DNA of 32,000 nt, taken from NCBI GenBank assembly GCA_016205145.1, contig JACQJH010000002.1, positions 480,001 through 512,000 on the forward strand. The letters are read 5' to 3'. The position numbers were made by a program, and so were the translations under genes. The notes under the pieces were generated by a model. It saw only the letters and a list, made by a program, of their open reading frames with translations. It had not been told where the DNA came from and made no database searches. How positions within the stretch are numbered: position 1 is the stretch's first letter; every line of letters starts with the position of its first letter. The DNA comes from Candidatus Iainarchaeum sp. GTDB taxonomy: Archaea; Iainarchaeota; Iainarchaeia; Iainarchaeales; JACQJH01. This document shows, in pieces, positions 23,959 through 32,000 of the stretch.

Positions 23959-24945
23959 TCAGGCATTCGCGTTTTCCAAAGCCATTTTTTTGAGCTTTGC
24001 CTCAACTGCTGAATCCACGGCTTTCTCAAAGGTTTTCTGGAACGGCGCAATCATCTGCTCGATGTCCTTTTCCCCCGCGGTTGAAGCGCCAATCTTGTCT
24101 GAAATGGAGTTGGCAATCCTGCTCAGCTCAAGCGGCAGGACAAATTTCGTGCTCTGGCCCCTTGAAAGCTCTTCAAGCGCCTTGATGTAGTAATACGCGA
24201 CCGTCTTGTCTGAAAGCTCCTTTGCCGCGGCATTGACTGCGCTGATTTCTTCCCTGTGGGCCTCGGCTTTCTGGATGCGCGCCAGTTTCTCCTGTTCCGC
24301 TGCCTTGAAGGCGTTGGTTGCGGCGAGGATTTCCTGCGGAATGTCGACGTCCTCGATTTCGACTTTCACTATCGATATGCCCCAGTCCTTTGATATTTCC
24401 TCGACCTCGGATTTCAGGGCGCGGTTTATTTCCTCGATTTTTGAAACGACTTCGGGGACTTCCATGTCACCTATGACGTCACGCGTCGCTCCGATGACAT
24501 TCGCAACAACCGCTTCCTCGAAATTCTTGATGTTCACCACAGAGCTTACAACGCTCCCGTCATCCCTGCCCACATTCAGGAAGATTGCCTCCTTGACCTT
24601 GAGCTCGATGTTGCCTTTTGTTATGACCTCGTACTTGGGCGTGAAAAGCGTTTTCGTGCGCAGGTCGACAATGACAAAGCTTTCAATGAATGGAATGACA
24701 AAAGTCCAGCCCCTTCCCACCCGGTTCACTTTTCCGAAGCGGAAGATGACGGCGCGCTGGTAGTCCACGAGCAGCAGAAGCACCGGATACTTTGTGACCG
24801 CGAAAAGGAAAACTCCCAGGACAATTATCCACGGCAGGCTTGCCATTGCCGCGTCAAAGTTGACCATGAGCCAGACCGCGGCAAGAAGGAATGCCGCGAA
24901 AGCCCCTGCAATGATGCCGGATTTTACGCTTTTGCCCTCAACCAT
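23959..24945 (-). CDS. SPFH/band-7 (stomatin/prohibitin-like) membrane protein
   Basis: N-terminal TM helices, then YQRAVIFRFGKVNRV...FVIPFIESFVIVDLRTK and a coiled-coil C-terminal half. Confidence 0.75.
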   Translation of the reverse strand: MVEGKSVKSGIIAGAFAAFLLAAVWLMVNFDAAMASLPWIIVLGVFLFAVTKYPVLLLLVDYQRAVIFRFGKVNRVGRGWTFVIPFIESFVIVDLRTKTLFTPKYEVITKGNIELKVKEAIFLNVGRDDGSVVSSVVNIKNFEEAVVANVIGATRDVIGDMEVPEVVSKIEEINRALKSEVEEISKDWGISIVKVEIEDVDIPQEILAATNAFKAAEQEKLARIQKAEAHREEISAVNAAAKELSDKTVAYYYIKALEELSRGQSTKFVLPLELSRIANSISDKIGASTAGEKDIEQMIAPFQKTFEKAVDSAVEAKLKKMALENANA

Positions 24946-25006
24946 GCCAATCAGCCGATACGGTTAATCAGTTAATACAGTATACTTTATATATTTCATG
25001 CAAAAA

Positions 25007-25016
25007 TTTATTAATA
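25007..25016 (+). promoter_or_regulatory. TATA-like box (TTTATTAATA) for the DUF373 gene
   Basis: 24 nt upstream of ATG 25041. Confidence 0.4.
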
Positions 25017-25040
25017 AGCGCGTTGGCTTTTTGTGATAGC

Positions 25041-26261
25041 ATGGCTGAAGAAAAAATCCTCGTCATCTGCGTTGACCGCGACGACGACCTTGGAAGGAAA
25101 ACCGGGATACAGGGGCCGGTCATTGGCAGGGACGCAAACATCAAGGCCGCGACAAGGCTCATTCTCAAGGACCCCGAAGAAAACGATTCCAACACAATGT
25201 TTGCGGCCGTGAAAAAATTCGACGAGGTAAGGAAATCAGCCGCTGCATGCGAGGTGGTGACGCTCACGGGCTACGGCAAGGCCGGCTTCAAGTCCGACAG
25301 GATTGTGGCGCAGCAGCTTGACGCCGTGCTCGAAAAATTCCCGGCCAACGGAATAGTGCTTGTAACCGACGGCGCCGAAGACGACCAGGTCATTCCCATA
25401 CTGCAGGGCAGGGCAAGAATCATTTCAAAGGAAACAGTCATCATAAAGCAGGCGCAGGCAGTCGAATCAACGTTTTACACGATAAAAGAGGCGCTGAAAG
25501 ACCCTTTCATTGCAAGGATTGCATTCGGAATTCCCGGACTGCTGTTATTGCTTTTCGGCCTGCTCGGCAACCTCAGCTTCCAGGTCATAGCATTCATCGG
25601 CGGAACATATCTGCTGGTGAAAGGCTTCGGCATCGAGGAATGGGCCATAAGGGGATTCCACAGCGTCACTTCCTCGATTTCCGCGCAGAGAATCTCCTAT
25701 CCGCTTTACCTTTCCGTGATTTTCATTCTCGGCTTCGGCGGAATGACCGCTTTCAACAAGTTCAACGAGCTTTCGGGCATAGAGCTTGTTGCAAGGGCAG
25801 TGATCACGGCGCAGTCAACATATCTTTTCATAGCGATTTCCGCTTTGCTCATTGTCGCGGCGAAAAGCGTCGACCTCATCCACCTCAAAAAGGCGCAGCA
25901 CCTGCGCAAAATGCTTTTGTACGCGACCTCAACGCTTCTGGCGTGGTTCATACTCGACTCCGCAACACTGGTGGTGTTGGGCAGGGCCGACCTCAACTGG
26001 TTCCTGTTCAGCGTGGGCTTCAGCATGTTCCTGCTGCTGCTTGCATTCAAGCTCTCCGAGATAATGGAAGTCAACTCGAAAGTGACGAGGCTGCTCGTCG
26101 GCCTGTCTGTTTACGCGAACGACGGAAGGTGGCTGGGCAAGGTAGAAAACGTCGACCGCGAAAAGCAGGAGATACTGTTCAAGGACAACGCGTCAAAGAA
26201 AAGCGTTTCCCTGAAAAAAAAGGAATTCGAAATAACCAAGGGCAGGATCCTGATAACCTGA
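25041..26261 (+). CDS. DUF373-family archaeal membrane protein
   Basis: N-terminal soluble domain ILVICVDRDDDLGRKTGIQGPVIGRDANIKAATRLILKDPEENDSNTMFAAVK is followed by multiple TM helices. Confidence 0.6.
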   Translation: MAEEKILVICVDRDDDLGRKTGIQGPVIGRDANIKAATRLILKDPEENDSNTMFAAVKKFDEVRKSAAACEVVTLTGYGKAGFKSDRIVAQQLDAVLEKFPANGIVLVTDGAEDDQVIPILQGRARIISKETVIIKQAQAVESTFYTIKEALKDPFIARIAFGIPGLLLLLFGLLGNLSFQVIAFIGGTYLLVKGFGIEEWAIRGFHSVTSSISAQRISYPLYLSVIFILGFGGMTAFNKFNELSGIELVARAVITAQSTYLFIAISALLIVAAKSVDLIHLKKAQHLRKMLLYATSTLLAWFILDSATLVVLGRADLNWFLFSVGFSMFLLLLAFKLSEIMEVNSKVTRLLVGLSVYANDGRWLGKVENVDREKQEILFKDNASKKSVSLKKKEFEITKGRILIT

Positions 26262-26296
26262 TTCTTTCACATTGCCTGAAATTTAATACAAAAAAA

Positions 26297-26407
26297 GCAG
26301 ACGGGTATCGGGCAAGCGGAATCGTCCAACCAATCACGCGCAACAGCGCGCAGCTCCATGCGAATGAAATGAGCATGGGGCGTCGGACCAGCCGGACGAA
26401 ATCGGCT
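26297..26407 (+). repeat. Hairpin module array (gcagacgg linker, H7, H8, H3)
   Basis: CGCGC aaca GCGCG (26337-26350). CCATGC..GCATGG (26356-26378). AGCCGG acgaaa TCGGCT (26390-26407) overlaps the lonB stop complement by 1 nt. An A7 run lies at 26290-26296. Confidence 0.8.
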
Positions 26408-28350
26408 TAATGCGCGGATTTTTGGGAGACCTTTTCAATATTTACGCCGCTAATCGACGGCAGGCTTTTCAGTATTTTTTTGAGCGACAGCAGCATTGAA
26501 TCCTTTTTCCTGGATTTCTCGAAAGCGTTCGCCAGCACGTCGGACAATGTCGAAACGGAAATTATTTTTATTTTGGCGAGTTCGGCTTCAGGCAGGACTA
26601 TGTCCTCGCGGTTGGCCTTGGGCACGATGACTTCCTTGAAGCCCGCGCGGATTGCGGCGTGCACTTTTGAAGTAACGCCCCCGACGGGAAGCACTTCGCC
26701 GCGGACGGAGAGGCTGCCTGTCATTGCCAGGCTCTGCTTTACCGGAATGCCTTCAAGCGCTGAAATCACTGCCGTTGCGACGGACACCGAAGCGGAATCG
26801 CCTTCGACCCCTTCATAAGTCTGCAAAAACTGTATGTGCAGGTCGTGCTGGCTTATGTCCTTGCCGGAAATGCGCTTGATTATTGCGGAAACATTCTGCA
26901 CGGCTTCGCGCGCAATCTCCCCAAGCTTTCCGGTCGCAATGACCCGGCCCTCGGACTTTGAAGCTGCCGGCGCGATTTCGGCCTCGATCGGCAGCACAGT
27001 GCCCGCACTCCCGTCACCGGAAACTGCGAGGCCGTTGACCCTGCCGACAACCGCGCCCTCTGAAAGGTAAACTTCGTATTCGCGCTTGCTGTCGATTATC
27101 TTGTCAACCATCTGCTGTTCCAGCGTTCTTGCGGACATCTTTGCCTCGATGACGTCCTGCGCCTCGACAAGCGAATGGCTTTTCTCCTTTGCAATGTCGC
27201 CGGCCGCCCTGACAAGGCCGCCCAAATCGCGCAGTTTCAGTGTCAGCCTGACTTTCCTGTCGGCGCGCCTGCGCGCCTCGAAAATTATCAGGTCAACGGC
27301 TTCCCTTGAAAAGTGCGGAATCTTGCCGTCCTTTTTGATTTCCTGGCAGACGAACTGCACTATCTTTGACCTGTTTTCGGGCGTGTCCGGCATGTCAATG
27401 TTCATGTAAACCTCGTAGCCGTAGCCCCTGATCCTTGAACGCAGGGCGGGATGCACTTTTTCCAAATCACGGTAGTTGCCCGCCGCGACAAGCACGAAAT
27501 CGCACGGCACGGGCTCGGTTCTCGTCATGGCGCCGGAGGACATTTCGCTCTGCCCCGTAATCGCATACTTTTTTTCCTGCATGGCCGTAAGCAGTTCCTG
27601 CTGTGCCTTGTATGAAAGCGTTGCAAGCTCGTCGACAAACAATACTCCGCCCGAAGCCTTGTGAATGAGGCCCGGCTCGACGCGCAGATGCGGGGGCGTG
27701 CCGAGGCCGCCTGACTGTAACGGGTCGTGGCGGACGTCGCCGAGCAGTGAGCCGGCCCTCGCGCCCGTTCCTTCAAAAAACGGCGCAAGCTTTTTGCCTG
27801 CATTGTCAACCAACAGCTTGGGCGTCCTTTTTTCCTCGCGGCTCCTCATCTGGTTGCCGACTGCAAAGCCCACTATCAGGAAGCCGCCCAGAATCATCAT
27901 CGCAGCCACGATCACGTCAGGCGCCCACTTGAAAAAATAGACGACCCAGACAATCAAAAACCAGCCCAGCGGAAACAGCATTGAAACGAGCCTGAAATTG
28001 TCGTCCGCGTGCTGTGCTTCAATCCTTTCCTTGTTCAAAATTTTCTGGCCCTCGCCCGCAGGAACCGGCCTCACCTTGGGATTGTTGGGATCAGTGTCGT
28101 TCGGGTAAATGAGTATGTCGCTCAGCTTCTGCACGGGCAGGACTTCCGACATTGCCAATGCAAGCATGCTCTTGCCTGTTCCGGGCTCGCCCACCAGAAG
28201 AACGTTTCTTTTCTGCGCGGCCGCCTTTCGGATGATGTCAACGCTCGAATCCTGGCCGATGACCTGGTTTATGGTCTTGTCGGAAACCGGGATTTCGGCT
28301 GTGGACCGGAAATTGAGGAAATCGGCCTTGTGCGGGGAAGACTTAGGCAT
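26407..28350 (-). CDS. lonB: Archaeal membrane-bound Lon protease (LonB)
   Basis: 647 aa from ATG 28350. Has Walker A GEPGTGKS, two TM helices inserted in the AAA+ module ([32 protein letters not shown]) and the protease motif EGDSAS. The listed 104-aa N-terminal extension looks non-coding. Confidence 0.85.
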   Translation of the reverse strand: MPKSSPHKADFLNFRSTAEIPVSDKTINQVIGQDSSVDIIRKAAAQKRNVLLVGEPGTGKSMLALAMSEVLPVQKLSDILIYPNDTDPNNPKVRPVPAGEGQKILNKERIEAQHADDNFRLVSMLFPLGWFLIVWVVYFFKWAPDVIVAAMMILGGFLIVGFAVGNQMRSREEKRTPKLLVDNAGKKLAPFFEGTGARAGSLLGDVRHDPLQSGGLGTPPHLRVEPGLIHKASGGVLFVDELATLSYKAQQELLTAMQEKKYAITGQSEMSSGAMTRTEPVPCDFVLVAAGNYRDLEKVHPALRSRIRGYGYEVYMNIDMPDTPENRSKIVQFVCQEIKKDGKIPHFSREAVDLIIFEARRRADRKVRLTLKLRDLGGLVRAAGDIAKEKSHSLVEAQDVIEAKMSARTLEQQMVDKIIDSKREYEVYLSEGAVVGRVNGLAVSGDGSAGTVLPIEAEIAPAASKSEGRVIATGKLGEIAREAVQNVSAIIKRISGKDISQHDLHIQFLQTYEGVEGDSASVSVATAVISALEGIPVKQSLAMTGSLSVRGEVLPVGGVTSKVHAAIRAGFKEVIVPKANREDIVLPEAELAKIKIISVSTLSDVLANAFEKSRKKDSMLLSLKKILKSLPSISGVNIEKVSQKSAH

Positions 28351-28372
28351 TAAAAGAGTTAGCCAAAAAAAC

Positions 28373-28382
28373 ATTAATAAAT
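28373..28382 (-). promoter_or_regulatory. TATA-like box (ATTTATTAAT) for lonB
   Basis: 22 nt upstream of ATG 28350. Confidence 0.4.
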
Positions 28383-28399
28383 CAATCGCAGGCCCGGCG

Positions 28400-28487
28400 A
28401 AAAAACCGGAAAAATACGGCAAAACGCGAAGGCAAAAAAAGCGGAAAAACAGCCGCAAAAAAAAACAGGGCGGATGCGGGTAAAAAA
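28400..28487 (+). promoter_or_regulatory. Strand-asymmetric phased A-tracts in the lonB / rnz divergent spacer
   Basis: A6 28400-28405, A5 28410-28414, A4 28421-28424, A7 28434-28440, A5 28445-28449, A9 28457-28465, A6 28482-28487. They are separated by short G/C blocks. Confidence 0.5.
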
Positions 28488-28504
28488 GTCTCAAGGGTTT
28501 TTGA

Positions 28505-29413
28505 ATGAATGCCAAAATAACCGTTCTGGGCACGAGCTGTTCTAATCCCACAAAGGAAAGGAACCTTTCAAGCGTCTGCCTCGAATTTGCAGGCAAGACG
28601 CTTTTGTTCGACTGCCCGGAGGGAACGCAGAGGCAGATGATGCTGGCAGGCGCGTCATACATGTCCGTCGACTATGTTTTCATCAGCCACTTCCACGCCG
28701 ACCACGTGCTCGGCCTTCCCGGAATGCTGGCAACAATGAGCATGCAGGGCAGGGACTGGCCGTTGCACGTCTTCGGGCCGCACGGCATTGAAAGGCAGAT
28801 GGAAAAAGTGCTGAGCCTCGGCCTGCTGAAGCAGGGCTTTGAAATAATCTGCCACGAAGCGAAAAACGGCGGGATTCTCGCTGAAAAGGATTTCACCATC
28901 GAAGCTGTCGGGTTAAGGCATGAAGTGCAGTGCTTCGGCTTCGTTTTCAGGGAAAAAAACAAGAGCGGCGAATTCCAGAGGCAATGGGCGGAAAAGCTCG
29001 GCATACCGGAAGGGCCGTTGTGGAGCAAACTGCAGAAAGGCGAAAACGCCGAGGCGAACGGAAAAACTTTCAGGCCCGAAGACGTGATGGACTATTCGAA
29101 GGGAAGGAAGGGAAGGAAAATCTCCGTCATCATGGACACTTTGCCGGACGAAAAATATTTCCAGGCGATAATGGATTCCGACCTTTTGATTCACGAGTCA
29201 AGCTTTTTGCAGAAGCATGCGGAAAGGGCGAAGGAAACGAAGCACTCCACTGCAAAGCAGGCCGCGGAAGTCGCAAAAAAAACCAATGCGAAAAAACTCC
29301 TGCTTTTGCACATCAGCCCGCGCTACCGCGGCGAAAAGGAAATGGAAGAGGAAGCGGAAAAGGTTTTCCCGCACGCGATTGTGGCGAGGGACCTCATGCA
29401 AATCGAAATCTGA
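28505..29413 (+). CDS. rnz: Ribonuclease Z (tRNA 3' endonuclease)
   Basis: Has ITVLGTS...NLSSVCLE...[13 protein letters not shown] and [14 protein letters not shown] (HxHxDH). Length about 300 aa. Confidence 0.8.
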   Translation: MNAKITVLGTSCSNPTKERNLSSVCLEFAGKTLLFDCPEGTQRQMMLAGASYMSVDYVFISHFHADHVLGLPGMLATMSMQGRDWPLHVFGPHGIERQMEKVLSLGLLKQGFEIICHEAKNGGILAEKDFTIEAVGLRHEVQCFGFVFREKNKSGEFQRQWAEKLGIPEGPLWSKLQKGENAEANGKTFRPEDVMDYSKGRKGRKISVIMDTLPDEKYFQAIMDSDLLIHESSFLQKHAERAKETKHSTAKQAAEVAKKTNAKKLLLLHISPRYRGEKEMEEEAEKVFPHAIVARDLMQIEI

Positions 29414-29448
29414 ACAAAAAAAGTTTCACTTCAAGCGGAAGGCAATTG

Positions 29449-30159
29449 CTATTTCAAATTGAAGGTTTGCCCCGGCGCGAGAATGACCGGCTTTGTTTTC
29501 AGGATGCTTTTCTCTATTTTCTGCCTGAACTCCTGCGGGTCCTGCTTTATGGTCTCGAAAGTGTTGTAGTGCATCGGAATCACATAATCCGGCTTCATTG
29601 TCTTGGTCGCGCGCACAGCATCGACGCAGTCCATTGTCTCGTTGCCGCCGATGGGCAGCAATGCGACGTTCGCCTTTATCTGCGAGAAGGTGTCCAAAAG
29701 CTGGGTGTCGCCGGCATGGTAAACCGTTGTTGTGTCGTCCGAAATCAGGAAACCCATCGGATAGAATGACTGGGGGTGATGCGCGTGCACGGCTTCGATG
29801 TGAAGGCCCCTGCAATTGATTTTTTTCGCAGTGTCAATCGAGTGCATCATCGGCTTCTGGAGCGAAAGCTGGTTCAGGATGGAATCGTGCGCCACAACGC
29901 ACGCGTTCGTCGACCTTGAGAGCCTTTCCACCATCTTCGGCTCGAAATGGTCGAAATGCTCGTGCGTTATGAGTATGACATCGGCCTTTTTCACGTCTTT
30001 TTCGGCGACCGGGCACTTTACGATGCGCTTGAACTCGCTGTTATGCGCGCAGACAAAAAAAGGGTCCACAAGGACGGTCTTGCCGGAAAAGTTGAGTTTG
30101 AAAAAAGCGTGGCCCAAAAACTGTACTTTCAGCGCCAAACAAACCACACCATTAATCAT
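29449..30159 (-). CDS. Metal-dependent hydrolase, MBL fold (UPF0173-like)
   Basis: Has VQFLGHAFFKL...VLVDPF...ILITHEHFDHF...YHAGDT. The start may be a downstream TTG/GTG (30138-30147) because the TATA-like box at 30173-30182 is only 13 nt from ATG 30159. Confidence 0.65.
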   Translation of the reverse strand: MINGVVCLALKVQFLGHAFFKLNFSGKTVLVDPFFVCAHNSEFKRIVKCPVAEKDVKKADVILITHEHFDHFEPKMVERLSRSTNACVVAHDSILNQLSLQKPMMHSIDTAKKINCRGLHIEAVHAHHPQSFYPMGFLISDDTTTVYHAGDTQLLDTFSQIKANVALLPIGGNETMDCVDAVRATKTMKPDYVIPMHYNTFETIKQDPQEFRQKIEKSILKTKPVILAPGQTFNLK

Positions 30160-30209
30160 ATTGAACCGAGAGGAATATTAATACCTACTTTTCCTGCAGG
30201 CAAAAAAAA

Positions 30210-30397
30210 GCAGATGGTTACTGGGCGAATGCGACGCACCGGAACCCCAAGATTCTGGACACGTCCAAAGCAGATGGGTATTGCATCAGCAATGCCCCAG
30301 AATCCTAAGATTCTGGGCACGTCGCAAAATCCAAGATTTTGCGAAGTACCCGTCGTCGCTCCACGCAGCCGAAACTGCGTCCGGACGGAATCACCGG
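30210..30397 (+). repeat. Approx 190-nt composite hairpin array with an apparently interrupted H1-H2 unit
   Basis: gcagatgg occurs twice (30210-30217, 30270-30277). H4-like 30239-30258. H1 30276-30297. H4 30296-30317. H5 30323-30343. ccgtcgtcg linker (30349-30358 region). H2 30363-30380. H3 variant 30381-30397. Confidence 0.85.
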
Positions 30398-30407
30398 CTT
30401 GGAAAAC

Positions 30408-30415
30408 TATTTATA
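30408..30415 (+). promoter_or_regulatory. TATA-like box (TATTTATA)
   Basis: 35 nt upstream of GTG 30451. Confidence 0.35.
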
Positions 30416-30450
30416 CAATAAATGCAGTTGAATTATCTGGGTGGATTGCA

Positions 30451-31266
30451 GTGGAATGTGCTGTTTTGAGCCGGCGGAAACTCTGCCTTGCAGTATTGTT
30501 GCTTGCCGTCTTTTTCTCCGGGCTTGCGTTTGCCCAGTCCTATGAAATCCAAAAGCACGAAATAGAGATTACGCTCGGCGAAAACGGCGAAACCTCTGTT
30601 GCCGAAAGGTATTACCTGGACTTTCCGAACAGCCTCCAGCTCGAGCGGTTCAAGCAGAAAAGCGAGGAACTCGGCGTCGACCTCCAGAAATGGAGGGAAT
30701 TCGACCCGAACATCAGGGTTTTCATCGGCGGCGAGGAGGATGTGAGAAGCGGGGTGCTCAGCTTTGACGGCGCGAAAAAGTTTTTGCAGCTGAGCTACGG
30801 CCTTGAAACCCCGGTCGTTTCAAAGACAAGCGAAACCGGCAGGATAACGACGTTCGAACTCAAAAAAAGCGCGCTCAAGGACTTCCGGACAGGGGACACG
30901 ACTGTCATTCCGGCAGGAACAAGCATAAAAATCAATTTCCCGAAGAATTCGGAAATAATCCAGCCGGTCCAGCCTGCCGCAAAAACAAGCGGCGATTCAA
31001 TCCAATGGACTGGCTATACGCGCTCGAACGCAGTCACGTTGTCATACAGGGTTTTCAAGGAGATTGCGCCGCAGTTCGAGCTGTCCGGCCTGCTCAAAGG
31101 CGCATTCGCAAGCAACGTCTTTCCGCTTGTAGTGCTTTTTGTCATCATCGTGAGCGCGATCGCTTATTCAAGGCGCAGGGCAATCGCGGACCGGATCGAG
31201 GAATACGTTGTAGAGCACTCCGACTTGGAAGAGGAAACCTTCGAACAGGAAGAGGAAAACCAGTAG
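30451..31266 (+). CDS. Hypothetical secreted protein with C-terminal TM anchor and acidic tail
   Basis: Has signal-like RRKLCLAVLLLAVFFSGLAFAQS, the C-terminal helix NVFPLVVLFVIIVSAIAY and an acidic tail. The start is GTG 30451 or TTG 30466. The listed ORF from 29947 is antisense to the hydrolase and crosses the repeat array. Confidence 0.55.
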   Translation: MECAVLSRRKLCLAVLLLAVFFSGLAFAQSYEIQKHEIEITLGENGETSVAERYYLDFPNSLQLERFKQKSEELGVDLQKWREFDPNIRVFIGGEEDVRSGVLSFDGAKKFLQLSYGLETPVVSKTSETGRITTFELKKSALKDFRTGDTTVIPAGTSIKINFPKNSEIIQPVQPAAKTSGDSIQWTGYTRSNAVTLSYRVFKEIAPQFELSGLLKGAFASNVFPLVVLFVIIVSAIAYSRRRAIADRIEEYVVEHSDLEEETFEQEEENQ

Positions 31267-31294
31267 GCCCTGCCTTCAAGACCGCTGCTGAAGT

Positions 31295-31492
31295 TCAGCT
31301 TCCGATTTGTTCCAGTGAAAACGACGCGAAAAGCACGTTCGCCAGTATCCAGAAAAAAGCGACCGCGATTCCAAAACCGGTGAAGGCGGAGCTTTTCATG
31401 AAGCCGTGGCCTGCCCAGCCGAAAAGCACGGCGATTGCGTAAAGCAGCATGAGGAAAAAAAGCGACTGCACTGCGTTGCGTAGAAAGTTCAT
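31295..31492 (-). CDS. Small hydrophobic protein
   Basis: 65 aa with 2 TM helices. SD-like GAGG lies upstream of ATG 31492, which is 9 nt after the upstream stop. Confidence 0.4.
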   Translation of the reverse strand: MNFLRNAVQSLFFLMLLYAIAVLFGWAGHGFMKSSAFTGFGIAVAFFWILANVLFASFSLEQIGS

Positions 31493-31501
31493 CGGGCCGC
31501 C

Positions 31502-31873
31502 TCAGAAGTTTATCCAGATGTTGTAAACGATTATGAGGAAAATCGCGGAGAATGCCACGACAAGGGGAAGGTAGGGCCTCAGCACGTCCACGTTTTCCGT
31601 GAAAATCGCGGTCGACATCCTTGTCAGGTACATCAGCGACAGGAAGGCGGCGGTGAAATAGACAAAGCCCGTGAAAGTGATGAAGTCGAAGAAGACTATG
31701 AAAAGGAAGCCGTAGAGGATTGCGCCCATTGCGAAGTTTTTGCCGCTGAAAAGATAGTATGAGCCGGCGAGAAAGCCAAAAACCCAAATAATGTTGTTGG
31801 CGAAGAACAGGAAGATGTAGCCCAGGTCGAAAGCGAGAAGGTGCATCACCAAATCGAGGAAAACGAACGCCAT
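31502..31873 (-). CDS. Integral membrane protein, unknown family
   Basis: 123 aa from ATG 31873 with 4 hydrophobic helices. SD-like AGGTG lies 5 nt upstream, inside the end of the preceding gene. Confidence 0.5.
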   Translation of the reverse strand: MAFVFLDLVMHLLAFDLGYIFLFFANNIIWVFGFLAGSYYLFSGKNFAMGAILYGFLFIVFFDFITFTGFVYFTAAFLSLMYLTRMSTAIFTENVDVLRPYLPLVVAFSAIFLIIVYNIWINF

Positions 31874-31875
31874 GG

Positions 31876-32000
31876 TCACACCTTTATCAGCAGGCTCTCC
31901 ACAAGCACCAGGAAGAAAACCACGATCAGTCCGGGCAGAGAGAAAAGCGCGTCCGCCACTATCCTGAAGAACAGCGCGTTGATCGCCGCCGCGGCCGCAA
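31876..32000 (-). CDS. Membrane protein, C-terminal fragment (5' end outside window)
   Basis: The open minus-strand frame ends ...INALFFRIVADALFSLPGLIVVFFLVLVESLLIKV with TGA at 31876-31878. Confidence 0.4.
   Translation of the reverse strand, partial: AAAAAINALFFRIVADALFSLPGLIVVFFLVLVESLLIKV

Noticed and set aside
26407-28662. Listed 751-aa ORF giving lonB a 104-aa N-terminal extension
   Set aside because: The extension ([17 protein letters not shown]...FFRFFCLRV) has non-protein-like composition and crosses the A-tract spacer and the rnz start on the other strand. ATG 28350 has a correctly spaced TATA-like box and yields a canonical LonB N-terminus.
491-30400. Possibility that the hairpin repeats are a CRISPR array or tRNA-derived sequences
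   Set aside because: There are no regularly spaced identical repeats with unique spacers. The modules are heterogeneous, dispersed over nine loci and found in both orientations. There is no cloverleaf potential and no T-arm GTTCRANYC motif.
29947-30450. N-terminal 168 codons of the listed 439-aa plus-strand ORF
   Set aside because: The segment is antisense to the MBL hydrolase and then translates the hairpin array (VPVVAPRSRNCV). A signal peptide begins only at about 30451.
31310-31322. ttccagtgaaaac, resembling the archaeal mini-ORB origin recognition box (TTCCAGTGGAAAC)
   Set aside because: It is a single copy inside a predicted CDS. There is no inverted partner, no AT-rich unwinding element and no adjacent cdc6/orc1, so it is most likely chance.

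Overview
This window reads as an archaeal chromosome segment. It carries archaea-type replication, translation and RNA-processing genes, and many start codons have a TATA-like box about 21-27 nt upstream, which suggests leaderless transcripts. I call 35 CDS, with no tRNA, rRNA or CRISPR array. Functional groups: (1) a cell-envelope block with a GT4 glycosyltransferase, a flippase-like membrane protein and a 939-aa S-layer-like protein; (2) a replication neighbourhood with EndoQ, GINS51-PriS, PriL and two divergent PCNA paralogs; (3) a bacterial-style pantothenate/CoA set (PanB, PanC, type II PanK) plus an M17 aminopeptidase; (4) housekeeping genes (TruD, aIF2-alpha, PAC2 chaperone, signal peptidase, Rpo11, Csl4, LonB, RNase Z, SPFH, DUF373, MBL hydrolase). 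The most unusual signal is non-genic. Nine intergenic spacers, about 1.1 kb in total, are built from a shared vocabulary of short GC-rich stem-loops and conserved linkers. These are shuffled in order and orientation, show compensatory stem substitutions, and appear to be nested inside one another. This resembles a REP/BIME/REPIN or MITE-like mosaic, and no transposase is present in the window. All protein calls rest on motifs recognised by eye. No database search was possible, so family names, taxonomy and novelty are unverified.
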